Source: Verrucomicrobiales bacterium (GTDB taxonomy: Bacteria; Verrucomicrobiota; Verrucomicrobiia; Limisphaerales; CANJXF01). From it: a DNA stretch of 64,000 bases. Below are positions 36,875 to 46,091 of the stretch, piece after piece. The notes under the pieces are model-generated. The model searched no databases. It saw nothing but the letters and a program-made list of their open reading frames with translations, and had not been told where the DNA came from. The stretch lies in assembly GCA_947478865.1 (NCBI GenBank), contig CANJXF010000013.1, positions 1,462-65,461 of the forward strand, written 5' to 3'. Within the stretch, counting starts at the first letter, position 1. Every line of letters starts with the position of its first letter. The translations under genes and the position numbers were made by a program.

Positions 36875-37330
36875 ATGAAAATGAAAATACGAGGTAGTAA
36901 AGCCACATGTATTCAACTTGTTGCAGGCAGCAAGGGGCCGGATTGGCGCCTAGAAGATCTCAACGCAAGCCCGCTTGGCGAATCTGACGCTTATTTTGGA
37001 GTTTATCTTCCACCAAAAGCCTTATATCCAACTTCGAGGATTATTTCGAAAAAGAACGTTAGATCGAAAGACGCGGTTGGATGGGTTGGATACGATAAAC
37101 CTCCTGGGAATAACCGCGAACAAGAAGCGTCAGTTTATGTGTATTGTGAGACGAAACGCGCTGCAATGCAGATCGAAAGGTTTATGGACTCGAAGGCGGG
37201 TTATAAAACGCGGCTTTTTGTTGAGGGAGCGACTTTCAAATTAAGGATTTCGGCAAATCGAGAGCACGGCAACGATCTCCAGTGGTTCCAAAACACGATA
37301 CATAGGCTCAAGAACGTGCCGCGTTATTGA
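36875..37330 (+). CDS. Hypothetical protein (orphan, 151 aa)
   Basis: ATG preceded by gggagg at SD distance. No recognised motif. Lies between the two repeat copies. Confidence 0.45.
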   Translation: MKMKIRGSKATCIQLVAGSKGPDWRLEDLNASPLGESDAYFGVYLPPKALYPTSRIISKKNVRSKDAVGWVGYDKPPGNNREQEASVYVYCETKRAAMQIERFMDSKAGYKTRLFVEGATFKLRISANREHGNDLQWFQNTIHRLKNVPRY

Positions 37331-37390
37331 TGTGCCTAGCCATAAAGTATCGCAATTGCGATCAGAATCGTCGGTGCGTTCCTCTGTAAC

Positions 37391-37521
37391 TTACGCGAGT
37401 AGTTGTTTCACAACTTTCCCCCAACATCCGTCAGCCAATAATCGCGGCCTTCGAAACGGTAGGTGAGTTTCTCGTGATTCATGCCGAGGCAAGCAAGCAT
37501 CCTCGCGTGGCGTGATGAAAT
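37391..37521 (-). pseudogene. Remnant of the 3' end of a DUF1501 gene, with a 1-nt frameshift in a G-run
   Basis: Translates [32 protein letters not shown], then a frameshift, then KVVKQLLA*. The intact DUF1501 gene at 9969 ends [40 protein letters not shown]. Confidence 0.65.
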
Positions 37522-38043
37522 TTAACGAATTTGTCGCCGAATTCGCCACACCGACAGCAGCGTGTAAAAAAGCACGGTGAACGCGTAAGCAAGAATTCCT
37601 AAACCGATCGCGTAGGGAATTTCTGAACGACTGAAGAGAATTAGCGCACCGCCGACGATTCCGAAGAGAACGGTTTGCGACGCGAGGCAAAAAAGGTAGA
37701 GGCCGATGTGGGTTTCCACGAGTCGCGCCACGTGCCAGTCGCGATACATTTCCTCGCCGAGCGTGCGCATCAGCCAGGCTTGTTGAAAGTTTCTCGCTGC
37801 TACAAGAACACTCGTCGTGGAAATGATGATTGCCATGATCGGATACAGCGCAAACGAGAGGCAAAGCGCGATGTTGACGAGCGCGCCCAGCTTCCATCCC
37901 ATCCGTTTCGCGAGGGGATTTCCTTCGAGAACGAGATTGGGCGTTGCGACCCACGTGCTCAAAAAATCCGATCCCCGGGAAAACAGCAGGAGCGCCAGAA
38001 GAATAAAATAAACACGACTGGCAAAGGGAACAGATTCTTCCAT
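37522..38043 (-). CDS. Small polytopic membrane protein (DUF5658-like by motif)
   Basis: Four to five hydrophobic helices. RGSDFLSTWVATPNLVLEGNPLAKRMG resembles the D..sT...E-NP motif of that family. Confidence 0.55.
   Translation of the reverse strand: MEESVPFASRVYFILLALLLFSRGSDFLSTWVATPNLVLEGNPLAKRMGWKLGALVNIALCLSFALYPIMAIIISTTSVLVAARNFQQAWLMRTLGEEMYRDWHVARLVETHIGLYLFCLASQTVLFGIVGGALILFSRSEIPYAIGLGILAYAFTVLFYTLLSVWRIRRQIR
37537..37637. repeat. Direct repeat copy B (intact gene 3' end), partner of 36714-36813
   Basis: By-eye alignment: ccgaattcgccacaccgacag[c/a]agcgtgtaaaaaagcacggtgaacgcgtaagc[a/c]agaattcctaa... Confidence 0.7.
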
Positions 38044-38105
38044 AGAAAGCGATCAGCAGTCAGATCCGCCATCTTCGTCAATTGCCGCCCGCTGAATGAA
38101 AAAGC

Positions 38106-38498
38106 TCATTTTTTCTTGCCGTAAATATCCTCGGGCTTTTGCAACTGGGATTCCGTGACCTTGAAATCGGACCCCTCGTTTTCGACCGAGCGGAAAAAGC
38201 AGGATTGATAACCCTCGTGGCAAGCCGCGCCAGTTTGTTCGACCTGAATCAGCAAGGTGTCGCCGTCGCAATCGAAAGAAATGTCTTTGACGACTTGCGT
38301 GTGGCCACTTTCTTCGCCTTTCATCCAGAATTTTTGGCGCGAACGACTCCAGAAATGCGTTTTGCCGGTCGCTATGGTGCTTTCGAGTGAGGCGCGGTTC
38401 ATCCACGCCATCATCAGCACGCGCCCGGTTTTGTGTTCCTGCACGATGGCCGGAATCAAACCGTCCGAAGTAAATTTTAGTTTTTCGTAAAAGTTCAT
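38106..38498 (-). CDS. hisI: Phosphoribosyl-AMP cyclohydrolase
   Basis: [46 protein letters not shown]. The ATG at 38498 overlaps the upstream stop (ATGA). Confidence 0.9.
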   Translation of the reverse strand: MNFYEKLKFTSDGLIPAIVQEHKTGRVLMMAWMNRASLESTIATGKTHFWSRSRQKFWMKGEESGHTQVVKDISFDCDGDTLLIQVEQTGAACHEGYQSCFFRSVENEGSDFKVTESQLQKPEDIYGKKK

Positions 38499-38905
38499 TT
38501 TGAAATGGTCGGGCTTTGGTTGGCGATGATCGGCTTGATTGGCGCGCTCATCTTTTCCGGCATGAAAATAAAACCGACTGCCGCCAAAACGCAAACAAAC
38601 GCGGCGAGATGGTTCCATTTAATTTTTTCGCCGAGATAAAAAATAGCGAAGCCGCAAAACACAACCAGCGTGATGACTTCCTGAATAATTTTCAGCTGTG
38701 TTGCGGAATAAACGGAGTTGCCCCAACGATTGGCAGGAACCATCAGGCAATATTCAAAGAAGGCGATTCCCCAGCTCGCCAGAATGATCAGGAGCATCGG
38801 CTTGCTTTTGTATTTTAAATGGCCGTACCAGGCGAAGGTCATGAAGACATTCGATAGGGTAAGCAGCACGATGGGTAGCCAGCGGGATTGAATTGGGTCA
38901 GTCAT
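38495..38905 (-). CDS. DMT-superfamily small membrane protein (DUF486-like)
   Basis: [11 protein letters not shown], 4 TM segments, 136 aa. Translationally coupled to hisI. Confidence 0.7.
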   Translation of the reverse strand: MTDPIQSRWLPIVLLTLSNVFMTFAWYGHLKYKSKPMLLIILASWGIAFFEYCLMVPANRWGNSVYSATQLKIIQEVITLVVFCGFAIFYLGEKIKWNHLAAFVCVLAAVGFIFMPEKMSAPIKPIIANQSPTISK

Positions 38906-38921
38906 AAAAATTTACGTGTCG

Positions 38922-39239
38922 TCAAATTGATTCGCCCAGCGCCGAACGCGCGCCGTGGCGGACGTGGAGAATGCGAACTTCATCAGCTCTAAGCTCAAAG
39001 AGAACACGATATTTGCGCTGTTTTTGCCCATGAAAAATTTGTCGGATCTCATTCTGGAGAAATTGGCTTTCCAGCGAAAGCCAACAACGATCAGGGAAGG
39101 TTTCCAGCGAGAAGATTACCTCCAACAAATGATTGAACCAGTGAATCGCAGCTTTTTCATCGCGCTCGGCAATCCATGAATATGCCTCGCCAATGTCGCG
39201 TTCTGCTGAAGGCAGAATGATGATCCCGTAATGTTTCAC
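38922..39239 (-). CDS. Type II toxin, ParE/RelE family
   Basis: 105 aa. AERDIGEAYSWIAERDEKAAIHWFNHLLEVIFSLETFPDRC, ending YRVLFELRADEVRILHVRHGAR. Overlaps the antitoxin stop by 4 nt. Confidence 0.7.
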   Translation of the reverse strand: MKHYGIIILPSAERDIGEAYSWIAERDEKAAIHWFNHLLEVIFSLETFPDRCWLSLESQFLQNEIRQIFHGQKQRKYRVLFELRADEVRILHVRHGARSALGESI

Positions 39240-39529
39240 CGGGCTGAGCGCGGGATTTCATACTTGGCCCGAAGACGATCTAAAACCTTGCTGGCTGGTT
39301 CACCTTTGCCCGCTGCCGCCTCATCTAATCCGCGTTGGATCCCGCGTATGGCATCGATCATTTCTTCAAACGCAGCAGCGTCCTGCACGATCAGTTCAGG
39401 TTTCCCGTTGACGGTTAAAACTTCTGGGCGGCCGGTGTTCTTGAGACGCTTCAAATGCGACTTGGTGTTCCTTTGGAAATCCGTCAGAGAGCGAATGTCC
39501 CCCAAAGCGAACGTGGCGTTGAATTTCAT
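39236..39529 (-). CDS. Type II antitoxin, Phd/YefM family
   Basis: SLTDFQRNTKSHLKRLKNTGRPEVLTVNGKPELIVQDAAAFEEM, a typical YefM N-terminal fold signature. Confidence 0.75.
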   Translation of the reverse strand: MKFNATFALGDIRSLTDFQRNTKSHLKRLKNTGRPEVLTVNGKPELIVQDAAAFEEMIDAIRGIQRGLDEAAAGKGEPASKVLDRLRAKYEIPRSAR

Positions 39530-39581
39530 GTTTTATCCATGTTGCGGCAAACCTTCCGTCAACGCAAGTCAACCAACTTCC

Positions 39582-40355
39582 TTAGAGCCGCACCGGAATA
39601 TTTTGCTTAGCCAAAAACTTCTTCACATCACCGACAGTGTAAGTGCCAAAATGGAAAATGCTCGCGGCCAAAACGGCGTCGGCGCGGCCTTCCAACAGAA
39701 CATCCGCCATGTGCTCCAGCGTTCCGGCTCCGCCGCTGGCCACGACGGGAACGCCAACCGATTCACTCACGCGGCGGGTCACCACTAGATCAAAACCAGC
39801 CTTGGTTCCATCGGCATCGATGCTGTTTAAAACGATTTCGCCCGCACCGAGCGCGACGGCTTTTTTGGCCCATTCGATCGCGTCGAGGCCAGTGGATTTA
39901 CGTCCGCCGTGGGAAAAGACTTCCCATCTTTCAGGCGCAACTTTCTTTGCATCAATCGATACAACGATGCATTGGCTGCCGAATTTTTCCGCGCCTTGCC
40001 GGATCAAATCGGGCGTGGCGAGCGCGCTGGAATTAATGCTCACTTTGTCGGCGCCTGCTTTCAACATGGCGTGCATATCTTCAACCGTGCGGATTCCACC
40101 GCCGACGGTCAAAGGCATGAAACATTCATCCGCCGTGCGCTCGATCACATTCACCATGGTGGCCCGACCGTGCGCGCTGGCGGTGATGTCAAAGAAAACC
40201 ATTTCGTCGGCGCCTTGCTCGTTGTAACGCATCGCAAGCTCGACCGGATCGCCGACGTTGCGGAGTTCGCCGGCTTCAGCTTTGCCGAATTGGACGCCAC
40301 GGGTGACTTGTCCGTTGTGAACGTCGAGGCATGGAATTACGCGCTTTGCGAACAT
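39582..40355 (-). CDS. hisF: Imidazole glycerol phosphate synthase, cyclase subunit
   Basis: [36 protein letters not shown]. Confidence 0.92.
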   Translation of the reverse strand: MFAKRVIPCLDVHNGQVTRGVQFGKAEAGELRNVGDPVELAMRYNEQGADEMVFFDITASAHGRATMVNVIERTADECFMPLTVGGGIRTVEDMHAMLKAGADKVSINSSALATPDLIRQGAEKFGSQCIVVSIDAKKVAPERWEVFSHGGRKSTGLDAIEWAKKAVALGAGEIVLNSIDADGTKAGFDLVVTRRVSESVGVPVVASGGAGTLEHMADVLLEGRADAVLAASIFHFGTYTVGDVKKFLAKQNIPVRL

Positions 40356-40560
40356 GATGTTTTGAGTTTGGCCGAAAATTTTCTGGCCAACAATGTCGAA
40401 TGCGGAAATCTGAATGCAAGGGATTAATCGTTTTTGGCGCGCTTCTGATCGTGGCAGAGTTGCTCTTGGGCTGATTTCGAGGCAAACTGCATATAAAGCT
40501 AAGGAGAAAGATGATGCTCTGTGGCTCGAATAAGCCGAAGCGCTCGGCGTCTATGACGAT

Positions 40561-41148
40561 ATGAAACGAATTTTGTTAATGGCCATCGCAGTGTTGGCGG
40601 TAGTTCCAGCCAAGGCGGATCTCTTTAGTCCTGAGTCACTTACCGGTGCGGCCTTGGGTGCCGGGGTGGGCGCAATCATCGGCAACAACAGCGGCGGACA
40701 TACGGGACAGGGCGCGGCAATCGGCGCGGGCGTCGGTCTTCTAGCTGGCTCGATGGTCAATGACAGCCGCCAGCGAAATGGCTACCATTCTGGGGGTTAC
40801 GCGAGCGGCGGATATTATTCGCCCGGCCATTCTTCGATCAGCGTTGGTTTTTCTTCCAGTTATTATCCCTCCCACTATCCTGCGCACCATTCCCATCACG
40901 GATACCACGGTTACGGTGGACCAAGCTACTATTTCGGCTATTCGTATCGGCCGAGTTATTATCCTCAGGCCTATTACGCGCCGGTTTATGCGGAACCGGT
41001 TTACTCGGCGCCGGTGGTTATCCAACAACCTGTTGTGCAACAACAGCCCGCAGCGGCAGCTCCCTCTCAAGTCACGATCATCAACAACAACTATTATTCC
41101 GGCTCAGGAACACCCATGAGCAGCGCCAACGCCATGTTTGGCCGCTAA
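40561..41148 (+). CDS. Secreted glycine-zipper protein with Tyr/Pro/Ser-rich low-complexity tail
   Basis: Signal peptide ending AKA. GAALGAGVGAIIGNNSGGHTGQGAAIGAGVGLLAG (Gly-zipper). Then GYHSGGYASGGYYSPGH...YYPQAYYAPVYAEPVYSAPV. Confidence 0.55.
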   Translation: MKRILLMAIAVLAVVPAKADLFSPESLTGAALGAGVGAIIGNNSGGHTGQGAAIGAGVGLLAGSMVNDSRQRNGYHSGGYASGGYYSPGHSSISVGFSSSYYPSHYPAHHSHHGYHGYGGPSYYFGYSYRPSYYPQAYYAPVYAEPVYSAPVVIQQPVVQQQPAAAAPSQVTIINNNYYSGSGTPMSSANAMFGR

Positions 41149-41174
41149 AAAACTTTCCTTTGTCAGGTTACTTT

Positions 41175-41804
41175 ATGAAATCGATTACTCGCTTTGCGTC
41201 CCTTTCTGTCGTGGTGGCTGCCGGATTTTTGACCGGTTGCGCCACGTCAGGAGTCAAAAATCCATCAGGCGTTCCGGTCACGGAAATGCGCCCGGACGAA
41301 CGGGGTTTTGTTGCGGGAACCGGCGTGGAATCGCAAGACATGGTCGCGGTGACAGACAAGATGGCGCGCAGCATTTTGAACACCCCCGAGATCACCAACG
41401 CCCAAGGGATTCCCCGGGTGGTACTCGAACCGGTGGTCAATGACACCCGATTCGCGATCAACAAAGATATTTTTCTGACGCGGATTCGCACGGAATTGAA
41501 TACGAAAGCGCGCAACAAAGTTCGTTTTCTCGCACGTGAGCAGATGAAAGCGCTGGAGAACGAACGCAATCTTAAGCAATCCGGCCAGGTCACCAGCAAC
41601 AGCGACCCGAATGTGGTGGAGTTTAAAGGGGCGGATTTTTTCCTCACCGGCAAATTGCAGGGAATGACGACGCGCACTTCAGCCGGCACGAGCGACTACA
41701 TTTTATATTCGTTCCAATTGATCGATGCCCGGACGAGCGACATTATCTGGGAAGATTCTGCCGAGATTAAGAAACAAGGTTCGGACAGCGCGGTCTACCG
41801 TTAA
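41175..41804 (+). CDS. LpoB-like (COG3417-type) lipoprotein
   Basis: Lipobox AAGFLTGC. RVVLEPVVNDTRFAINKDIFLTRIRTELN and GADFFLTGKLQGM...ILYSFQLIDARTSDIIWE parallel E. coli LpoB VLLVDSVNNRTNGSLN and GAHYVLYSSASG...LQMQLMLVQTGEIIWS. Confidence 0.6.
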   Translation: MKSITRFASLSVVVAAGFLTGCATSGVKNPSGVPVTEMRPDERGFVAGTGVESQDMVAVTDKMARSILNTPEITNAQGIPRVVLEPVVNDTRFAINKDIFLTRIRTELNTKARNKVRFLAREQMKALENERNLKQSGQVTSNSDPNVVEFKGADFFLTGKLQGMTTRTSAGTSDYILYSFQLIDARTSDIIWEDSAEIKKQGSDSAVYR

Positions 41805-41825
41805 GCCTTTCCCCGATTTGTTCGC

Positions 41826-42992
41826 ATGAAATTTCCCGTTTCGCTCTGGGCAGGCGGCATCTCGCTGCTGGCTTTGGCCGGTTGCGCCACTTCGCAGCCG
41901 GGCGAGACGAAACCAGCGGATGGAAATTCTGTGACCAACCGCGAGGCCGGCCGGAACAAAGTTCTAGTTGAATATCGCAGCGCGTTGACCGCATTGCATC
42001 GCGGCGAATTAGGTGAAGCCAAACGCCTGCTCGACGACGCGCTGCTCTCCATTGGCGGCATTGGCGCCGACGATAAAAATGCCAAGCAGGCTCGACGCTA
42101 TTTCTCCTCCGAAGACAAAAAAAACTTTCGCGGCGAGCCTTACGAAAGGGTGATGGCCTATTATTATCGCGGCATTCTTTATTGGATGGATGGCGAAACG
42201 GACAATGCCCGAGCTTGTTTTCGCAGCGCGCAAATCCAGGATGGCGACACCGAGAACAAAGAGTATTCCAGCGATTACGTTTTGCTCGATTACCTCGACG
42301 GCTTCGCCTCCGCAAAATTAGCCGCAGACGGTTCCGATGCTTTCAAGCGCGCGCAAACGGTCGCAAAAACCGCCACCCTTCCACCTTACAACACGAAAGC
42401 GAATGTGTTGTTCTTCGTGGATTATGGTGCTGGGCCGCTGAAATACGCGTCCGGCCAATACGGCGAAGAATTGCGGTTCCGCAATCAAAACTCGGCCGCC
42501 CGCAGCGCCACGATTTTGGTCAATGGCCAGAGCATTCCGGCAATTCCTTACGACGATCTTTTTTTCCAAGCAACGACCCGTGGCGGTCGCGTCATGGATC
42601 ACATTCTCGCGAACAAAGCGGTTTTCAAATCCACCACCAGCGGCGTCGGTGACGCAGCTTTGATCAGCGGCGCGATTCTTGGGACAACCCAGCAAGGCCG
42701 CCACAGCAGCGCCGATGAGATCGGTCTGGGCCTCGCAGCCTTCGGATTGATCAGCAAGATTGTGTCGTCAGCGACAACTCCCGCAGCAGATACCCGCTCC
42801 TGGGATAATCTTCCGCAGTATTTAAGTTTTGCCTCGGCGACCCTTCCACCAGGACAACATGTCGCGAAGATCCAATTCAACGACGCCCAAGGTCGGGCTC
42901 TGCCAAGTCTAACGAAGACCGTGACAATCAACATTCCTGCCGGCTCCCGTGACAGCGTTATTTACGTCAGCGATAAATCCAGCAACTCATAA
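41826..42992 (+). CDS. Lipoprotein with a TPR-like segment, function unknown
   Basis: Lipobox LALAGC. GEPYERVMAYYYRGILYWMDGETDNARACFRSA is helical-repeat-like. 388 aa. Confidence 0.5.
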   Translation: MKFPVSLWAGGISLLALAGCATSQPGETKPADGNSVTNREAGRNKVLVEYRSALTALHRGELGEAKRLLDDALLSIGGIGADDKNAKQARRYFSSEDKKNFRGEPYERVMAYYYRGILYWMDGETDNARACFRSAQIQDGDTENKEYSSDYVLLDYLDGFASAKLAADGSDAFKRAQTVAKTATLPPYNTKANVLFFVDYGAGPLKYASGQYGEELRFRNQNSAARSATILVNGQSIPAIPYDDLFFQATTRGGRVMDHILANKAVFKSTTSGVGDAALISGAILGTTQQGRHSSADEIGLGLAAFGLISKIVSSATTPAADTRSWDNLPQYLSFASATLPPGQHVAKIQFNDAQGRALPSLTKTVTINIPAGSRDSVIYVSDKSSNS

Positions 42993-42993
42993 T

Positions 42994-43410
42994 ATGAAAA
43001 TCAAATTCGTTTTTACAATTCTCGCCGCCGTGGCTGTTTCCCTGATTGGTTGCACGACGCAAAAGGAAGCTTACAAGCCGAAAGATGCGAACAGTCATGA
43101 TTTGGAAAATCACGAGCGACTCGTGCTCATGAACAAGCGCGTTCAGGACTCTGTGACAAGCGCGGGATTTCAGGAAAAGATCAATCCTGATGGCCGCCTC
43201 GAAGTGGTCGCCAATATTCGCAGTCGCGACAGCCGCCGCATTCAAGTGCAGGTCAACTGCGTGTTCAAAGATGAATATGGCACGCCCACTGGCGATGAAA
43301 CCCCATGGCAGAATTTAATTCTGACGGAGTATTCACAGGAAGCGGTGCATTTCATTTCCATGAATGACAAAGCAAAACGTTACACGATCCGCGTTCGAGA
43401 AGCGCGATAG
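42994..43410 (+). CDS. YcfL-like (DUF1425-type) small lipoprotein
   Basis: Lipobox SLIGC. LEVVANIRSRDSRRIQVQVNCVFKDEYGTPTG...RYTIRVREAR fits the YcfL pattern (l.v.N.s..p..v.Yrf.WyD.qG ... yrl). ATG lies 1 nt after the upstream stop. Confidence 0.45.
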   Translation: MKIKFVFTILAAVAVSLIGCTTQKEAYKPKDANSHDLENHERLVLMNKRVQDSVTSAGFQEKINPDGRLEVVANIRSRDSRRIQVQVNCVFKDEYGTPTGDETPWQNLILTEYSQEAVHFISMNDKAKRYTIRVREAR

Positions 43411-43452
43411 TGAATGGCAGGTTCTCCGGGACGTCAAAAAACTTACACGAAT

Positions 43453-44418
43453 ATGAAAAAGATCATTTTATTAGCTCTGCTCGGCGCGGCGGGTTGCGCG
43501 TCATCGTCGCCCAATCCTGAAGTCAGGACGGTTTACAGTCCCGGGCCGTTGCCCGCAGCGACTGTTCCGCGGTCCACTGAAACGTATGTTTACGATCAAA
43601 AGCCGTTGCAGTCGCAGCCTGCGCTAATCGCGCCCGAACAAGCGCAATCCATCATCGAAAAATTCAAGACCGCTTACGGCAAATTGGGCCAGCCGCGCAT
43701 GCTGCTCTACGTTAACCGCGAACTGGTGGACGAGAAAACGGGGTTGAAACTCATCGCGCGCACGGAGAATACCGACAGCACCCGCCGCACAATTGACAGC
43801 ACGGTGGATGCCTCGACGCGAGCTTCCAACACAACCACGATCACCGCCGGACGCGACGTGACCGTGAATGGCTCAACCAAGGATTATCCGGGCAAAGGGA
43901 AAACTTCTGACGTGACCGAAAAAGTTTCGAACGAAAACCGCTACCGCATCGAAGAGAAAAACTCCAAGTTGGCCGACCGGCAAACGGTCCGCGATGTGGA
44001 ACGCCTATTCGGCCGGCCTCTGCGCGTGGCGGGAGTTTTGCTGGCGGACCAAGGGGTTGCCACGCAGTTGATCGGTGATCGCACGATTCAATCGTTTACC
44101 GTCAATCCATCGGGGGATTCTGCCCGCAAAGATCGCGAAGCATTGGCGAAAATTACTGATGTTGCGATCGAGGTTTTGATTTCATCGCGGAACATTTCGG
44201 TCCCGGAAGTCTCCGGTCCAAAGACGTATTCGGTTCCCGATATTCAAGCGACTGCAATTCGTTTGAAAGATTCGAAAATCATTGGGCAATCCTCTTCGCG
44301 CGATGTGATGGGCCGCGATCGCGATGCAGGTCGCGTGGCGCGGAATTTCGATGTGCAGGAAATCGCGGAAGCCACCGCCCTTGCCCTGTTGGATGACATC
44401 GCCAGCAGCGCGAAATAA
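43453..44418 (+). CDS. Lipoprotein, function unknown (Thr/Ser-rich central linker)
   Basis: Lipobox LGAAGC. 321 aa. Central TDSTRRTIDSTVDASTRASNTTTITAG. Confidence 0.5.
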   Translation: MKKIILLALLGAAGCASSSPNPEVRTVYSPGPLPAATVPRSTETYVYDQKPLQSQPALIAPEQAQSIIEKFKTAYGKLGQPRMLLYVNRELVDEKTGLKLIARTENTDSTRRTIDSTVDASTRASNTTTITAGRDVTVNGSTKDYPGKGKTSDVTEKVSNENRYRIEEKNSKLADRQTVRDVERLFGRPLRVAGVLLADQGVATQLIGDRTIQSFTVNPSGDSARKDREALAKITDVAIEVLISSRNISVPEVSGPKTYSVPDIQATAIRLKDSKIIGQSSSRDVMGRDRDAGRVARNFDVQEIAEATALALLDDIASSAK

Positions 44419-44421
44419 GAG

Positions 44422-45132
44422 TTATTTCTCCGCGTAATTGATGCTCATCACGCCGCCGAGAAAGCTCACCACCCGAACGTTTTTGCAATCGAGCCGCCGC
44501 ATTTTTTCGGCGACTCCGCGTTGCGCTGGATAGCTCTTCAGCGATTCCAGAATGTAAGCGTGCGTGGCGGAATCGCCGCAGAACAGCTTTCCAAAAACCG
44601 GCACTGCCCAGCGCAAGTAGCCAAAATATAAACTGCGCCAGAGCCCGCTGTCAGGTTTCCCAAAATCGAGCACGAGCAAACGTCCACCCGGCTTCGTGAC
44701 GCGCCACATCTCTTCCAAGCCCCGTTCCCAACTTGCCAGATTACGAAGTCCGTAACCGACCGTCGCGACGTCAAAAGTAGAATCGTCGAATGGAAGATTC
44801 TGCGCGTCGCCTTCGAGGAATTTCGGGTTCCGCTTTCCGGCTTCTCCCCTGCTCCTTGCCACATCCAACATCGGCTTGCTGAAATCTAACCCCACGACTG
44901 CAGCGCCGGTTGCTCCGAGACGAAGGGCAATATCGCCCGTTCCGCAGCAAACATCCACGGCACGCTCGCCCGGTTGTAAATTCGCCAACGCAATCACCCG
45001 GCGCTTCCAATATCGATGCAGGCCAAAACTTTGCAGGTCGTTGATCAGGTCGTAACGGGGAGCAATTTTCGCGAATAAATCGTTCACTTTCGCGGCCCGT
45101 TCTTCGCCCGGTTTGTAAAAACTGTTCCCCAT
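44422..45132 (-). CDS. ubiE: Demethylmenaquinone/ubiquinone C-methyltransferase
   Basis: VNDLFAKIAPRYDLINDLQSFGLHRYWKR and SAM motif VDVCCGTGD. The ATG shares 1 nt with the miaA stop. Confidence 0.85.
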   Translation of the reverse strand: MGNSFYKPGEERAAKVNDLFAKIAPRYDLINDLQSFGLHRYWKRRVIALANLQPGERAVDVCCGTGDIALRLGATGAAVVGLDFSKPMLDVARSRGEAGKRNPKFLEGDAQNLPFDDSTFDVATVGYGLRNLASWERGLEEMWRVTKPGGRLLVLDFGKPDSGLWRSLYFGYLRWAVPVFGKLFCGDSATHAYILESLKSYPAQRGVAEKMRRLDCKNVRVVSFLGGVMSINYAEK

Positions 45133-46088
45133 CAAGGTTTCTCCTCCGCGCAATCGCCCTTGAACGCTCGCGTCATTTTTTCAACGGCGCCAAGTTCGTC
45201 TGCTTCGCCAAGGTGAAGCCAATTGAGCTGCATTTGCCGCCGAAACCAGGTGAGCTGCCTCTTGGAAAACTGGCGCGTCCGGATTTTCACCAATTCAATT
45301 GTTTCCGCCAACGAACGTTTTCCACGCAGATGTTCCACCACTTGCCGATAGCCGATCGCCTGCATGGCGGTTTGGTTTTCCTCAAGACCAGCAGTGAGCA
45401 GCGCTTCCGTTTCGGCAACCAGCCCACGCTGGAACATTTCGTCCACGCGCTTTTCGATGCGGGAATGCAGGTCCGCCCGACTGCGCACCAGCCCAAAGCA
45501 GAGCTGCATCTCTGAAGTGCGTTGCGCCTTCCACTCGGCGCGCTGTTCGGAAAACGGTTTTCCTGTGATGCGTATGACTTCAATTGCGCGAATGACTCGG
45601 CGCGGATTCTGTCGGTCGATTTTCTCGAAGCTCGATGGATCACGCGTTTTCAATTCTTCCAGTAGATCAGCCAGGGGAATCGCCGTGAGCGCTTCGCGGA
45701 GAGACGCGTCCGCGGGTGGCGCTTCGCCGAGCCCTTCCAGAAAGGCTTTGAAATAAAAGCCCGTTCCGCCGCAAAAAACTGGAACTCGTCCGCGGCCTTG
45801 AATCTCGGCAACCGCATTGGCCGCCAGGAGACAAAACTTGGCCGCGTCAAAAGCTTCGTTCAAGTCGGCAACGTCGATGAGGTGGTGCGGAACCAGCGCG
45901 CGTTCCGCCGAAGTCGCCTTAGCCGTGCCGATATCCAGCCCGCGATAAACCTGCATGGAATCGACCGAAATAATTTCGCCTTTGAGACGCTGCGCTAATT
46001 CGAGAGCGATTTCGCTTTTGCCGCAGGCAGTCGGTCCCGCGATAAAAACAGGCCGCAGAGTTTTGGTGAGCTGAGAATTCATTTCCAA
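45132..46088 (-). CDS. miaA: tRNA dimethylallyltransferase
   Basis: VFIAGPTACGKSEIALELA, ISVDSMQVYRGLDIGTAK, HHLID. Confidence 0.9.
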   Translation of the reverse strand: MEMNSQLTKTLRPVFIAGPTACGKSEIALELAQRLKGEIISVDSMQVYRGLDIGTAKATSAERALVPHHLIDVADLNEAFDAAKFCLLAANAVAEIQGRGRVPVFCGGTGFYFKAFLEGLGEAPPADASLREALTAIPLADLLEELKTRDPSSFEKIDRQNPRRVIRAIEVIRITGKPFSEQRAEWKAQRTSEMQLCFGLVRSRADLHSRIEKRVDEMFQRGLVAETEALLTAGLEENQTAMQAIGYRQVVEHLRGKRSLAETIELVKIRTRQFSKRQLTWFRRQMQLNWLHLGEADELGAVEKMTRAFKGDCAEEKP

Positions 46089-46091
46089 ATC

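Noticed and set aside
37349-37362. Perfect 14-bp palindrome atcgcaattgcgat, just downstream of the orphan ORF.
   Set aside because: It is a single occurrence with no flanking T-tract and no second copy seen in the window. It could be an operator or a recombination site, but there is nothing to support either. Mentioned only within the scar finding.
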